From: Marsupella aquatica
Taxonomy: Eukaryota > Plantae > Marchantiophyta
Length of the DNA stretch: 64,000 nucleotides
Reading direction: 5' to 3'
Assembly: GCA_973895155.1 (NCBI GenBank)
Contig: OZ316891.1
Location: 8,061,875-8,125,874, forward strand
Both the position numbers and the translations under genes were made by a program. The notes below the pieces were generated by a model that did no database searches, was not told the DNA's origin, and saw only the letters and a list, made by a program, of their open reading frames with translations. Shown one piece after another: positions 20,291-32,700 of this stretch (position 1 is the stretch's first letter; each line of letters opens with the position of its first letter).

Positions 20291-20469
20291 AAGATACTAA
20301 AACAAAACATTGTAAACACTAAAACACAAACAAAACAAAAATATTTACTTTAACTCCCCCACTCTAGCTCTCCTTCACTCTTGCTCCTTCCACTCTCGCT
20401 CCTTTCTCCAATCTTGCTCTCTTCCACTTGAAAAGAATGAGAAATGAGAAGTGAAAGGGGAAGTCCTTC

Positions 20470-20710
20470 TTTTATCCCCTCTCCTTGTCCCAACCCTTCC
20501 CCAACTCGAACCCGACCAGGCTCCCACCCCGGACCCCGATCTGTTCCTGACCCGGACCCAACCCGGCTCCGCCCCCAGCCCATCCAAACCCGGCCCGGAC
20601 CCCATCCCAAACCCGGTCCCTTTGACCCCAAACCCCTCCCGACCCACTCCCAATCCTGGCCCAGCCCAACCCATTCCGAAGCCCCTAAACACCTGGCCTT
20701 GGGCAGCCCG
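20470..20710. repeat. C-rich low-complexity (ACCCGG/GACCC) repeat tract
   Basis: Repeated cccggaccc, acccggc and cccaaaccc units. It may be a transposon subterminal region. Confidence 0.55.
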
Positions 20711-21377
20711 GTGTTGTCGGGATGGAAAATGAAGGAAGGGAAGTGAAACCTTATTTTTGACTTGAAGGTATTTGGTGATGGATTGTGATTTGGGAGAAAC
20801 TTTTATTGAAAGAGGAAAACTTGAAATTGAAAGACAGTAAGACATAAGAGGAATAAAAGAGGAAAGAAATAGCTATGGCTTTGAAAAGGCTTTTGGAGGG
20901 GAATTTTCTCCCATTGACATGTGGCTGATTGTGTGACTTTGAAATTCATAAGGGTCATGAGGGGTATATATGGCACGCATGACAAGAAATAGAAAATAGG
21001 TTTCTTATTTCCAACAATTTTTTTTCCTATTACCAACAAAAAGTTTTGTTACCGGAAAATATGATAATCTAAAAATATCTCCCTAAAAGTCTCATTTTCC
21101 AAAAAAATTAACAATACAACAATTTTTGGCTAGCTTCAAACGATGCTATTACCAGCGCAGGGCGCTAGAAAAAAACAGTTGTCAAAAAAAATAAATTAAA
21201 AGAAAATTTCAAATTGTTTTTAGAAAAAACTACCACCCATTTTTCTATTACCAGTTTCTGTTTCCTGTCGTTTGTAAATACCTCATCATGAGGATGGAAT
21301 GGTGATGTGCACGATAGAGGTTAGGGTGAGAAAAGAAGAGAAACGACCAAACGTGGCGGGTGGGTTGTGGTGGTTAT

Positions 21378-21848
21378 TGTTAGGGAATATGTTTTCCGAA
21401 GAGGTAGGCGAATGAGGAGCAGAAGGATGGTGAATGGACAGGGCAGTTTTTTAGAATTCCAAGGGAGAAATGTTGTGCTAGTGAGAAGCTCAGTGAATGA
21501 TCGAGTGTTGAGAATGGGAAGACTATGGTGATAAGAGTATCAGGATGCCCGAGTCTTGGAAATCTAGGATTGAACTGATCTGAAGTAGAGTTGGGAAGTT
21601 AAACAGGAGTTTCATAAAAGATGTCATCGTGGTGTTGTGGGAAGAAGTTTAGAGGTGAACAATGGAGTTTTGGTGCGGAGTAATGAAAGGCGATAAAGTT
21701 ATGAAACTTTGTGAATGATAGAATTATATTATTCTATGGTGATAAGAGGAAGAGGATTGATCCCAAACAAGACAATGAAAATGCTTGGGGAAATGCTAGG
21801 CATGCGATTGAAGATTTGGAAGATTCAGGTGTTTTCTTAGTGACAGTG
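21378..21848 (+). repeat. Dispersed ~450-bp repeat, copy 1
   Basis: Clearly homologous to 52442-52893. Both copies start TGTTAGGGAATAT and end near ttcttagtgaca. Confidence 0.85.
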
Positions 21849-21939
21849 AAGGATTGGTGTTCATGTCTGAACAAGATTAAATTGTGAAGAGTGAAGGAGA
21901 CATGAGGCAAAGAACCAGGAATTGCAACATGTTAACGGG

Positions 21940-22203
21940 TCAAAGAAGAGAAGCGACAAGTGGACTAAGAAGCCAAGTTCAATAGCGCCCACTACTGATC
22001 GTTGCCATAGAAGAGGCGGAGGCCCTGATCAAAGCGAGAGTGAGCTCCGAATGAGAAGATTGCAGATTGAGTGATGGCAGAATCAGAGCTAAGCGTCACT
22101 GCGCGTCCAATACTATTCCTGAAGCGTCCCACCCGAATGCCAGAAAATGGACGCCACTGATCAAATGTCAAGATTTCAGACGACGCTTCCTGAAGTGTCC
22201 ACC
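21940..22203 (+). mobile_element. Deleted remnant of an element-B-family Ty3/gypsy
   Basis: About 21940-22112 aligns with 45830-46000 (start of the accessory ORF), and about 22115-22203 aligns with LTR sequence 36835-36920, including palindrome copies. Confidence 0.75.
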
Positions 22204-22237
22204 CAAGTCTGACATTTAGAATTATTTTCCTCCCTTT

Positions 22238-22383
22238 TGTTAGAATACCATAGTTAAGTCACTAGGGTTACTTACCTAACCCTAGTTAGGAACCTTGTAC
22301 CCATCACCATATATATATAAACATCATCCGAGGGAGAAGTTGTGATTCTATTGGAGTTTATCATGCAACACATTATTAGCACG
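22238..22383 (+). mobile_element. Putative 5' LTR (22238-22370) and PBS (22371-22383) of the Bianca-type copia
   Basis: TGTTAGAA...CAACA with an internal TATATATAAA, followed by cattattagcacg, which resembles the Bianca PBS consensus cgttatcagcacg. A Bianca-type gag lies at 52056. No matching 3' LTR was seen. Confidence 0.55.
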
Positions 22384-23457
22384 TATTGTCTCTCCAAGAT
22401 CTGAGCAAGGCTATGGAAAATTGAGGGTACAAGTTGGAAAAAGTGAAGAAAACTCTTGAGAAACTTGAAGAATTGAGACAAAGAAGTAGAAATGGAATGG
22501 GTAATTGAATCTAAAATCAAAACCTGAAGAATGAAGGACAGAAAAAGAGAATTCAGAGAACGAGCAATAAAGCAGAGAATTAAGGACAAAGGAAGAAACT
22601 TGCCAATAGAAGGAGTATTTGATTTGGCTATGCTCTATTAGACTGGAAAGAAACAGACAATTGGGACAACAATTAGGAATTCATAAGAAGAGAGACATTA
22701 AGAAATTGAGAGAGGAGCAAAGAGATCGTCCGAAAGAGAGATAAAGGGAGAACTTAGAAACTCCCAAAAGCAACAACAGCGGAGAATCAAAACATAATTT
22801 TTTAAAGAGAAGTACGACCTTCGGAGACCGTGGACGAGCAAAGCAAAAAGAAACTATTGGAAAACTAAATGCAGGCCTCAAAACAAACAATGCCAACCAT
22901 GAGTGACGAATATACAGCAAAGCTAAGAAAATGAAGCAAAGAGCAAAAATAGAATGCCCAGAGAGCAACCGTGACTCACTATTGCAATAAGGATTTCTAT
23001 CAAAACAAAAAAGAAGGCACTAAGAATGGATGAAAGACGACGAGATCCATAAACACAAAAGAATCATTGCGGAGGCTTAGCCAAACAAAGCAAATGATCA
23101 AACTCGGGAGAAGGGAGAAAAGAAAGGCCCCCAAATAAGAAAGCATCAATCCAATCTACACAACAATTGAGAATTGAGCAGAAGGAGCCAAGAACGATTG
23201 AAATGACTGTAGGAGAGATTAGAGAATGTAACAAAGAAGAATAGATGAGATTAAAATCCTGATTCACAACGAGGACGTACACGGATACGCTAAAAGATAA
23301 CCAACCACATTCTAAACACCCGGTACAAGAAAATTAAGGACAACAGAAAATTTCAGAAATTTTATAAGGCAAGCCAGAAGAAACAAGAGATAGAAAAGAA
23401 AGAAGAAATGAAGAGATAGAGGAGAACAAGCTATCGATACCCTACCGTTGCGTAGAT

Positions 23458-25162
23458 CGTGATGCCTAGCCAGGAATCACTAGGCCAGTTAAAATGGTAA
23501 AACCGAGAGTGTACCCTGAAAACACATTAGCATAGTAACAAAAACAAGGAAAATATAAACAATTAAGGGTGACCATGGAACCCAAGTCGATCCCGGAAGT
23601 AAGGACGCCATGGTTAGGAACACGATTAGGGTTAGGGCGCGCTAAGTGCCGGCGGCTATGGGTAACCAACGGGAAGGAAGACCAGGCAAGGGGGGGTAAG
23701 GACCGATCACAAGTAATGGCGGCTCATTTGAGAGCACAAACTAAGCAGACAATTACAAGAAGCCAACTACAGTCAACTGCTTAGGCACGCACTTTGGGCG
23801 GGAGCAAATACCGACTATCAACTCAAGGAGGGTATGAGCAACGTCAATCAAGTTGCTCATTTATAGGGATGCTTGCTCGAACGGGCAACTAAGTACATTG
23901 AGACCTGTGAGGAGGAAGAATCGGAAAGGGCAGCTCGAGAAGGGCAGGAGCTCGCTCGACTATGGGAACTCCTACTGTCAATCAGCTTGAGACTTCTATT
24001 CTTCTATTCTGTGAGAATAGAATCGTCGACATCCGAGAAGCCATCAATTGCTGCAACAACATACACTGCTAGCTTAAGGGTAGCACGGAGGTGTGGACAA
24101 AGGCAACCGTGCTCAGAGAAACATCCACAATAGCCGCCATGAAGAGGAAAGGGGCCAACAACAAAGAGGCCACCCCTACGAAGAGAACGAGGTTGGCGAC
24201 ACCAAGGAAGCCAGCCAAGCAGGGGAAGAGGAGGCAAGGAGAAGCCGATGAAGAGGAGGTCAACCCCATCAATGTCGTTCCAACAAGGGATGACACTTGG
24301 AGGGGCTGGGCGGCGACCCTCCCCAAGGAAGTGCAATTACACTTTGCACGAGAGGAGGATGCATGCTTTACGGCTATGCAGACTCGGAAGTACCAGGGCT
24401 TTATGGCCAAATCTGGCTTGGAAGCCTTCATGAAATTACCGTGGTTGAAGTCGGAGGTGCCGGATTTTGACTTATTAGAATTTGTGGGATCATGGGATCC
24501 CGAGACAAATTCCACAAGGGTGTATGGGAAGGATTTCTATCTCACTCCCCAAGTGATTGCCGAAGTGTTTGGCTTGCCGATGGGCAATAAGACCAAAGTA
24601 GGTACCTGGAAGACCTTGCCAGACAAGGAGTTTCGATTGTTCCCAAGGCCATCAACGAAGAATGGCTTCTTCTGGACACCTGCACCAACCCGCACATTGG
24701 GGAGATGATCAATTTCTTGCGGGTAACCATGCACTGCAACCTGCCAAGGCCAGAGATCGTCAAGGCACAGGTCTACCTGGCGGAGAGGCCAGACCCAAGC
24801 CGAGACTACTATAACGGATACTTGCTCACCCAACTGAAGAAGATCTTGAAGGAGGAACAATAGGTGATCGGCCAGGGAAGCATATCCCAACTTGGCTATC
24901 ACATGCCGTTGTTGTGCCGGTATGCCCGAAGTAAGATCTTTGCCCCAGTACTTCCCCTACAGGCAAGGGCACCCAAGGAGGTTTCGGACCGGAGGCCGGC
25001 AGCAGAGAAACCAACCAGCCCGACAGTCCTATGATCAAGCAAGTGTTTAGGCTGAGGACGGAAAATTTGCCGATGCAGATACAAGGCATGCAGAATCTTC
25101 TAAAATTGCTGGAGAAGGAAAAGAAGGTTGCGACGGCAATGGCACCGGTACAGGACACTGCT
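23458..25162 (+). mobile_element. Solo LTR of the element-A family, segment 1 (5' part, degenerate accessory ORF)
   Basis: Homologous to the reverse complement of 29771-28045. Homology starts exactly at the (T/C)GTGATGCCTAG LTR start and does not extend into the PPT or pol. ORF fragments at 23569, 23873 and 24091 match the 818-aa ORF. Confidence 0.8.
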
Positions 25163-28100
25163 TGTGGTGCGTCCCATGGCTCCTTGAACCCAAGAAACCC
25201 CCCAGCTCAAGCCGATTCCCGCAGGTTTCGTGCTTGGCGAGGCCGTTTCCGCGGCTTAGCGGCATGGGACGCTGCTAACCTTCTACTACTACTATTAACA
25301 TTTTACACACATATACTGGACAGATCCTTCATCGGGTCATGAGATACATAGCCGGCCTAATATAGGCCTTCCCCTGTCTTCCCCTGTCTTCCCCTCCGTC
25401 TTGTTAGGTATGTTTGGATTCCGCCGCCGGAATGATCCCCAATAGGCTTGGTTAAGCCGCTAAGACCTCTCTTAGCTCGACACATCCAACTCTCACTCCC
25501 CTACTTACTTTCCTTCCTTCTGTTGATGTGGGCACTCTTCACACAAGTTAATGCGACACACAAATAGCAAAATGACTCATTCTGACTGAGTCATACCATG
25601 CACTTGCCATACAAACAGTACATCTCATACACAAGTTCTGCGAACTAAGCCGTGAGGCCAACTCTATTCAGCTCTTAGGCATGAAGAAACATGAATATAC
25701 ACAAGGGTCACTGTATGACTAACCGAGAGCTTCTCGTACTACTTGATCCCAGCCCGGCTGGTGCAAACTAAAAACTTGCTAAAGAAGAGGCACTGAGCTC
25801 CCCGCTGCCCAGGTACTTATCCTGGTAGTGGATCCGCCATTCTTTGCATCGTAAGCCTAATCTACTTAACAGTAATCTACTTGCCTGAATCTACCTATGT
25901 ACAGCAAGGCAGGAGCACAAGTGTTGCTCCTACCAGTGGGACCGCAATCCCACTAAGCTAAGTGTCAGGGCCGCTCCTGGTTCTGATCCTAATCCTAAAC
26001 GTGGAGATCCGCGCCCGCCCTGCCCACTCACGCCTCCTCCCTCCACGTCCGCCCTCCCTAAAAGGAACGGCGCCCTTGCACCGTCACGACACCGGTGGTG
26101 GATCCTCAATGGACGCCCCCAACGCTTCCTCCTCAGCCACTGCCGTTGGCCCGCCTACTGACAGATTACCTGCCCTTGACCGAGTCAACTCTCCCTCGGC
26201 CTGACTGGGTCCACCTTCGGCTTCAGCCTCGACACCGGCCTCGGCAATACCCACGGCTTCGGCTTCAGCCACTCCCTCGGCTTCGGCCTCCCCTTCCCCT
26301 AGGGTAGTTGGATCCTTAGCCGTGACCCTGTCTGGGGTCGGTGCTGGGTCTACCTCCTTGATCACCACGGCCTGTGAAGTCGTATTACTCCTTGACCCTG
26401 AAGGTTTCCGCTTCTTCTTCGTTGGTGGCTCGACAGCTGGTCCCTTCCCCTTCCCACTTACTTCCGGCACTGGTGCAGGTGGCGCGGCTTGTCCTTCGGC
26501 AATTACCACCCCTGGTAACTGGTTTGTCCCAACGGGAGATGGACCTGCTGCAGCTAAGCATTTAAATACTGCGGCTTGTTTCTTCAGCCGCTCTGTTTGG
26601 TTGTCGGCCCGCCGCTGTAGGTTCTCCATCTTCCTCGTGATTTCCTCCAACTCCTCTTGGGTTTCATCCAGGTCCTTATGTGCCCCCTCCAGCTCGTTTT
26701 TGGCCTCCTCCTGCTCCCTGTGGGCTTCCTCCAATTCCTTCTTCAAGGTAGCCCTCTCCTCCCGGGTTGCTCTTAGCTCCTTGTCGAGCTCTGCAATGAT
26801 GACAGACTCCATCTGGTTCATCTTGGCGTAAGTCTGTTCGAGCATCTCGTCCTTCTCCCTTAGGTCGGCCTTGAAGCTGGCCGTCAGGGACGCAAGCTCC
26901 TGCTGCAGCGCCATAATCCCTTGATAGGATTTCCCTAACTCGGCCTCCTTCTGCTCAAGGGCTCCGCGGATTTTCTTGAGCTCCCCTTTCAACGTCCATT
27001 CCTTTCTTTGGGTCTCCGCCATGGCTCGGCTGTTGGCTGTTATGTGGGCCTCCTCTGTATTCTTCAGCTCTTGCTTCCACTTCTCCCTCTCTTTGATCGT
27101 GTCGGCCAACTCTTCCTGCGTCTGAGTCAGTTTATCCTTGATATGCTGATTATCAGCCTGCGCGGTGTCCAACTGCCCCTGCATGATGTTCAGCTCATGT
27201 CATTTAATCCGCAGTTCATCTTGGGCTTTCTTGGCCGCCCCTAGATCTTCAATCTCGGCTTCCATCCTCCTAAGCCGCCGAATGACCTCGTCCTTCTTGC
27301 TTCTCTCTAAAGCCACCGCTTCTTCTAATTGGTGCTTCTCCAACTGCTCCCTATGGAAAAAGGGTCCTACCTCCAACTCCTCTCCAAAGATGCCGAGCGC
27401 AAGTTCCCCACACATCTCACCATACTCCATGGCTCTATTCTTAGCGTAGGTGGAGTAAGTAGAAGTGATCGGCATCGCCCATCGCGGCCTCTGCTCCCAA
27501 GCCGTCCTGCGGATCTCTTCAATCGTGGCTAGAGGTTTGCTTCCTTTTTTGGCTAGCCGCCTGATGTCCTCCGGCCAATCTCCTCCTGGTAAATCCTTTT
27601 CCTTAGCCAGGGCGGCCTCCTCCTCCTGCTTGATTCGCTCCTGAAATTCCTGCACCGTCTGTTTTATGCCGTCGAAGCTCGGGGGAGCAACATCTGGTGG
27701 GGGAGACTCAGGGCTACTCTGCTGGTTGGGGTCCCCTCGCACTACCCTTGGAAGTGTGGGGACAAACCGGCCACAGGTCCTTACTCCTGGAACGTGATGG
27801 TCCGACCCATAGCCGGAATTATCATGGCTGCAGTCCTCCACCGCCTCCTCTACCTCTTGGACGTCCGGCTTCTCCCTCTCCTCTTCGTCGGTAGGAGCTT
27901 CAGGCAATTCTGCCTCAGATTCGGAGCTTGAGGTTCCCACGTACATTCGAACACCTGGCTTGGATTCCGGCCTGATTCTCTCCTTGTCTCCAGCAAAGGG
28001 GTTTTCTCTTGTGAACCGGTGTAGGCCTACCTTTGTATTAGTGTCCTGCATTGTTGCCGTTGCCGTTGTTGTTGTTGTTGCCAATTTCTTTTCTTTCTCC

Positions 28101-29771
28101 AGTAGTTTCAGCAGACTCTGCATGCCTGGTTGCTGCATCGGCAAGTCCTCCTTCCTGGGCCTAAACACTTGCTCGATCTCAGCCAACGGCCTCGGCGTTG
28201 GAGCTTCCTCGGGTGCCCTTACCTGCAGGGGAAGTACCGGGGCAAAAGTCTGACCTCTGGCATACCGGCACAACAGCGGCATGTGATAGCCCAGCCGCGA
28301 CACGCTCCCCATGCCGATTACCTGCTGCTCCTCCTTTAAGATCTTCTTCAATTGGTTGAGGAGGTACCCGTTGTAGTCCCGGCTTGGGTCTGGCCTTTCT
28401 GCCAGATAGACCTGTGCCTTGCCGATCTCTGCCCTCGGCAAGTTACAATGCATGGTCACTCGCAAGAAGTCGATCATCTCTCCTATGTGCGGGTTGGTGC
28501 AGGTGTTCCGGAAGAAGCCATTCTTCGTTGATGGCCCGGGGAACGACCGGAACTCCTTGTCAGGCAAGGTCTTCCTGGTATCAACTTTGGTCTTATTGCT
28601 TATCGGCAGGCCAAACACTTCGGCAATTACCTTGGGAGTAAGATAGAAATCCTTCCCATATATCCTCGTGCAATTGGTCTCGGGTTCCCATGACCCCACG
28701 AATTCTAATAGGTCTGACTCCGATACCTCCGGCTTCAGCCATGGTAATCTTACAAAGGCCTCCAAGCCGGATCCGGCCATGAAGCCTTGGTACTTCTTGG
28801 TCTGCATGGCCGTAAAGCATGCATCCTCCTCCCGTGCAAAATGTAGTTGCACCTCCACCGGTAGGGTTGCCGCCCAGCCCTTCCAGGTGTCATCCCTGGT
28901 TGGAATGGCCTTGATGGGATCGACCTCCTCCTCTTCGGCTTCTCCCTGCCTCCTGCTCTGCTGCTCGGCTGGCTTCTTTGGTGCCGCCGACCTCGTTCTT
29001 TTTGCCGGGGTGGCTTCATCGTTGACGGCTCCCTTCCTCTTCATCTCTGCTGCCGTGGAGGTTTCTCCTAGCACCGTTGCCTGGGTCCACCTTTCCGTGC
29101 TACCCTTTAATTCCCAGTGTATGTCGTTGCAGTTCTTGATGGCCTCTCGGATGCCGACGACGCTGTCTTTGCAAAACAGAAGATCGTCGAGTTGATTGGA
29201 AGTAGGCGTCCACAGGAACTCGTCCTTGATGAGTTCGCCTCCTAAGAAAGCCGTCTTCTGCAGCTCCCACAATCGAGCGAGCTCCTGCCGTTCTCGAGCT
29301 GCCCTTTCTGATTCCTCGTCCTCGTAAGTCTTGATGTACTCAGTTGCCCATTCGAACAGGCATCCCCAGAAATGTGCCGCTTGATTGACGTTGCTCATAC
29401 CCTCCTTAGGTCGATCGTCGGTATCTACTCTCTCCCCGAGTGCTTGCCTAAGCAGCTGACAGTAGTTGGCCTCCCGTAGTCGTCTGCCTAGTTCGTGCTC
29501 GCAAATGAGCCACCATCTTCTGCAAGCGCTCCTTACCCCTCTCCTCCGCCGGTCCTTCTTCCCGTTGATCCTTCCTAGCCGCCGACGCTTAACGCGCCCT
29601 AACCCTAATCGGGTTTTCACCCTCAGCCTTACCTCCGGCCTCGGCCCGGGTTCCATGGTTGCCCCTAATTGTTTATATTTTCCTTGTTTTGTCCCTATAC
29701 TAAGGTGTTCCTAGGGTGCCTTCCTGCTTTACCCACTTAACCGGCCGAGTGATTCCTGTCTAGGCATCACA
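25163..29771 (-). repeat. 3' LTR of element A, about 4.6 kb, containing a long ORF
   Basis: Begins TGTGATGCC directly after the PPT and ends ...ACCACA. The same two boundaries delimit the solo copy at 23458 and 51016. Confidence 0.72.
26084..29656 (-). CDS. Accessory ORF of element A (Athila-ORF1/plant-transposon-like domain, acidic linker, coiled coil), one in-frame TGA at 27200-27202
   Basis: The 818-aa and 366-aa ORFs are in the same frame, separated by TGA plus 5 codons. Motif GLEAFVRLPW...LLEFVGSW...FYLTPKVIAEVFGLP, followed by a long E/K/Q/L-rich heptad region. Confidence 0.75.
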
Positions 29772-32700
29772 TAGCTCCCCACTTAATTGTGAAGCGTCCT
29801 CGCGAACAACTTCATCTTCGTCCATATAGTATTTCTTGAGGCGGTCATAATGGATGCGAACTGGATATACCTCTCCCGTAATGTTGGCCAATTGTACGGA
29901 GCCATTGGGGAACATCATGGTTACTCTAAAGGGTCCTAACCAGCGAGTGTAAAGCTTTCCTAGAAACCTACTATACCTACTGTCATAAAGTAGCACAAGA
30001 TCACCGGTATGAATACTAACTACTTTTAACCTTTTATCATACTGCTGCTTCATGATATTCTGTCTATATTCTACTCTCTCGGCTGAAATCATTCTCGCTT
30101 CCTCTAAAGCTTCTAACCTATATTCTTGCTCCTTTAGGCTCTCCTCCGCTGAGGCTCTTTCCTCAATTGTAACTTGAAATGTCGGTATCTCAAGTTGCAT
30201 GGGTACCAGGGCTTCTTGTCCAAAGGTTAAGAAGAAGGGTGTATGACCGGTAGTGGATTTATAGGCAAGATTGTAAGCAAAAACAGCAGCAAACAATTTA
30301 TCATCCCAATCGAGTTTGTTCTGAGCTGCTGTCTTGTTCAATATCTTTCCTATAATTCCGTTTGCTCGTTCTGTCAACCCGTTTGCCTTTGGATGGTAGG
30401 GAGTAGTAGGCCTATGTTTAACTAAATACTGCTCATTTAAACGACTAATTATATCATTCAAAAAATGGGTTCCTCTATCACTAACTAATTCTAGGGGTGC
30501 TCCATACCTGGTGAAGATCTGCTCATACATGAATCTAGCCGTAGTAATTGCATCATCCTTCGTTGTTGGTCTGGCCTCTACCCATTTAGTTGCATAATCC
30601 GTAGCCAGGATTATGTACTTGTTCCGTCGAGGGTGGGTCAGTGGTTTCAGAGGTCCAATGTAATCAATACCCCACTTCTCGAATGGTGCCAGAGGTAGAA
30701 TAGGGTGCAGTGGATGCCTGGTGGACGCCCTTGGTCCTCCCGCTCGTTGACAAGGATCGCATTGTTTGATAAACTGATAGACATCTTTGTGCAAGGTGGG
30801 CCACCAGTAACCGGCATTTAATATCTTCTTAGACGTGGTTACTGGGGCAAAATGTCCTCCGGCCTCCTCTCCATGCATGGCCCGTAGGACTCGTTTTACC
30901 TCTCTCTTTTCCAAACATCTTTGAATCGTGCCGTTGATTCCATGCTTGTGCAGTATGCCTTTAATGCACTGATACTGTCTGACCTTCCGCACAAAGACTG
31001 CGGCTTGCTCTCGGCTTAATCCTGGCTGTAATCTGGAAGTGCTGAGAAATTGTAAAATCTCAGGGTACCATGTACCAGCTATTTCCACAACGAATAGCTC
31101 CTCGTCGGGGAATCGATCATCGATGCAATCCGTAGCAGGTTTACCTGTGATCCTTGAAAAGAAGTCGGCATTGGCATGTAACTTTCCCGGCTTGATCCTC
31201 AGCTCATAGTCAAACTCCTGTAATAGCAAAATCCATCTTGCTACTCTGCCTGTAAGGTCCGGCTTATTGACTAGGTACTTCAAACTTTCGTGATCAGTAT
31301 GAAAGATTACCTTGTACCCTAGTAAATAATGCCTAAACTTTTTACAAGAATAAATGACTCCTAATGCTTCTCTTTCCGTGGTAGAGTAGTTCCGTTCGGC
31401 ATCGGCAAGCTGACGGCTTGCGAAGTATATGGGATGGTCCCTTCCTTTCTCATCCAACTGACTTAGTACTGAGCCAATACAGAAGCCCGAGACATCTACA
31501 AAAACATGAAAATCTTTGTTCCAGTCCGGTGCTATCATGATTGGGGCCTCTACTAACATCTGCTTCAATTCTACCACCGCTGTGACTCGTTCGGGTGTGG
31601 GTTCGAAGTCTGCTCCTGCCTTGAGCATATTGGTTAATGGTAAAGCTAGCTTGGCAAAATCCTTGATGAACCGGCGATAGTAACCAATGCATCCCAAGAA
31701 GGATCTTACATCCTTTATGTTCTTAGGTTGCATGATATCTAGCCATACTGCTAGCTTACCTTTGTCAATCTCAATGCCCTTCCTTGATACCTTGTGACCT
31801 AGTAGCACCCCCTCGGTTACTGCAAAAAAACATTTATCTGGGTGTAACTTGAGACCCACCTCTCTACATCTCATGAAGGTTTTCCTGAGGTATTTAGCAT
31901 GTTTCGATGCCTTCCCGAATACTGCAAAGTCATCAATGAAGATTTCCATGAACTTTCTCAAGTAATCATGAAAAATGTTCACCATTAATCGTTGGAACAT
32001 AGCTGGTGCGTTGCAGAGTCCAAACGGCATACGATTGAAGACATAGATCCCCCATTCCGTGATGAAGGCCGTCTTGATTTGGTCTTCCTGCCGAATCCTG
32101 ATTTGGTTATAACCAGAGTATCCATCCATGAATGAATATAGTTCATGACTGGCTACCATGTCTAGTACCATATCAGTAAACGGTAAAGGAAAATGGTCTT
32201 TTAATGTTGCTTCATTCAGCTTCCTGTAATCCTGACAAACCCGGATCTTGGGTTTACCATCGGGTCCAGCTTTCTTGGGAACTATCACAATTGGAGACAC
32301 CCAGTCTGAATGCAGGACTGGAGTGATGAATCCAGCTTCCACTAGTTTGTCGATTTCTGTTTTGACCAGCAGGGAATACTTCGGGTTCATCCTTCGAATT
32401 GGTTGTCGAAATGATTTGGCTCCTAACATGAGATCAATTCGATGTTCCCCTAGTGTTGGATCTACTCCCTTTAGATCTTGGTGACTCCATGCAAACACAT
32501 CCTGAAATTCAATCAATAAGTCACTGATCTCTTTCTCGAGCTCAGGTGCTAGGTTTCTCCCTAAGTTCAGTTCTCTTCCCTCTCCTAAGTCGAGCTTCCG
32601 ATATTGCCGTGCTTGGATCATATTAATCTGCTTCTTCAAATTCGGGTCCAGTTCGGCTTCCAGTCTCTCTAATCTCATACCTCCATAAACTGGAATCTCG

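Noticed and set aside
20350-20845. Pro- or Gly-rich proteins from the ORF track
   Set aside because: They are artefacts of the C-rich low-complexity tract, which is open in several frames.
25163-25484. A short (~320 bp) LTR for element A starting at TGTGTCGAG after a purine-rich run
   Set aside because: Not excluded but disfavoured. The solo copy extends through this point and stops exactly at the TG after the pol-terminal PPT.
29790-29799. Half-copy of the element B palindrome (TGAAGCGTCC) at the end of element A pol
   Set aside because: It is a single half-site overlapping the conserved gaggac pre-PPT motif and coding sequence, so it may be chance.
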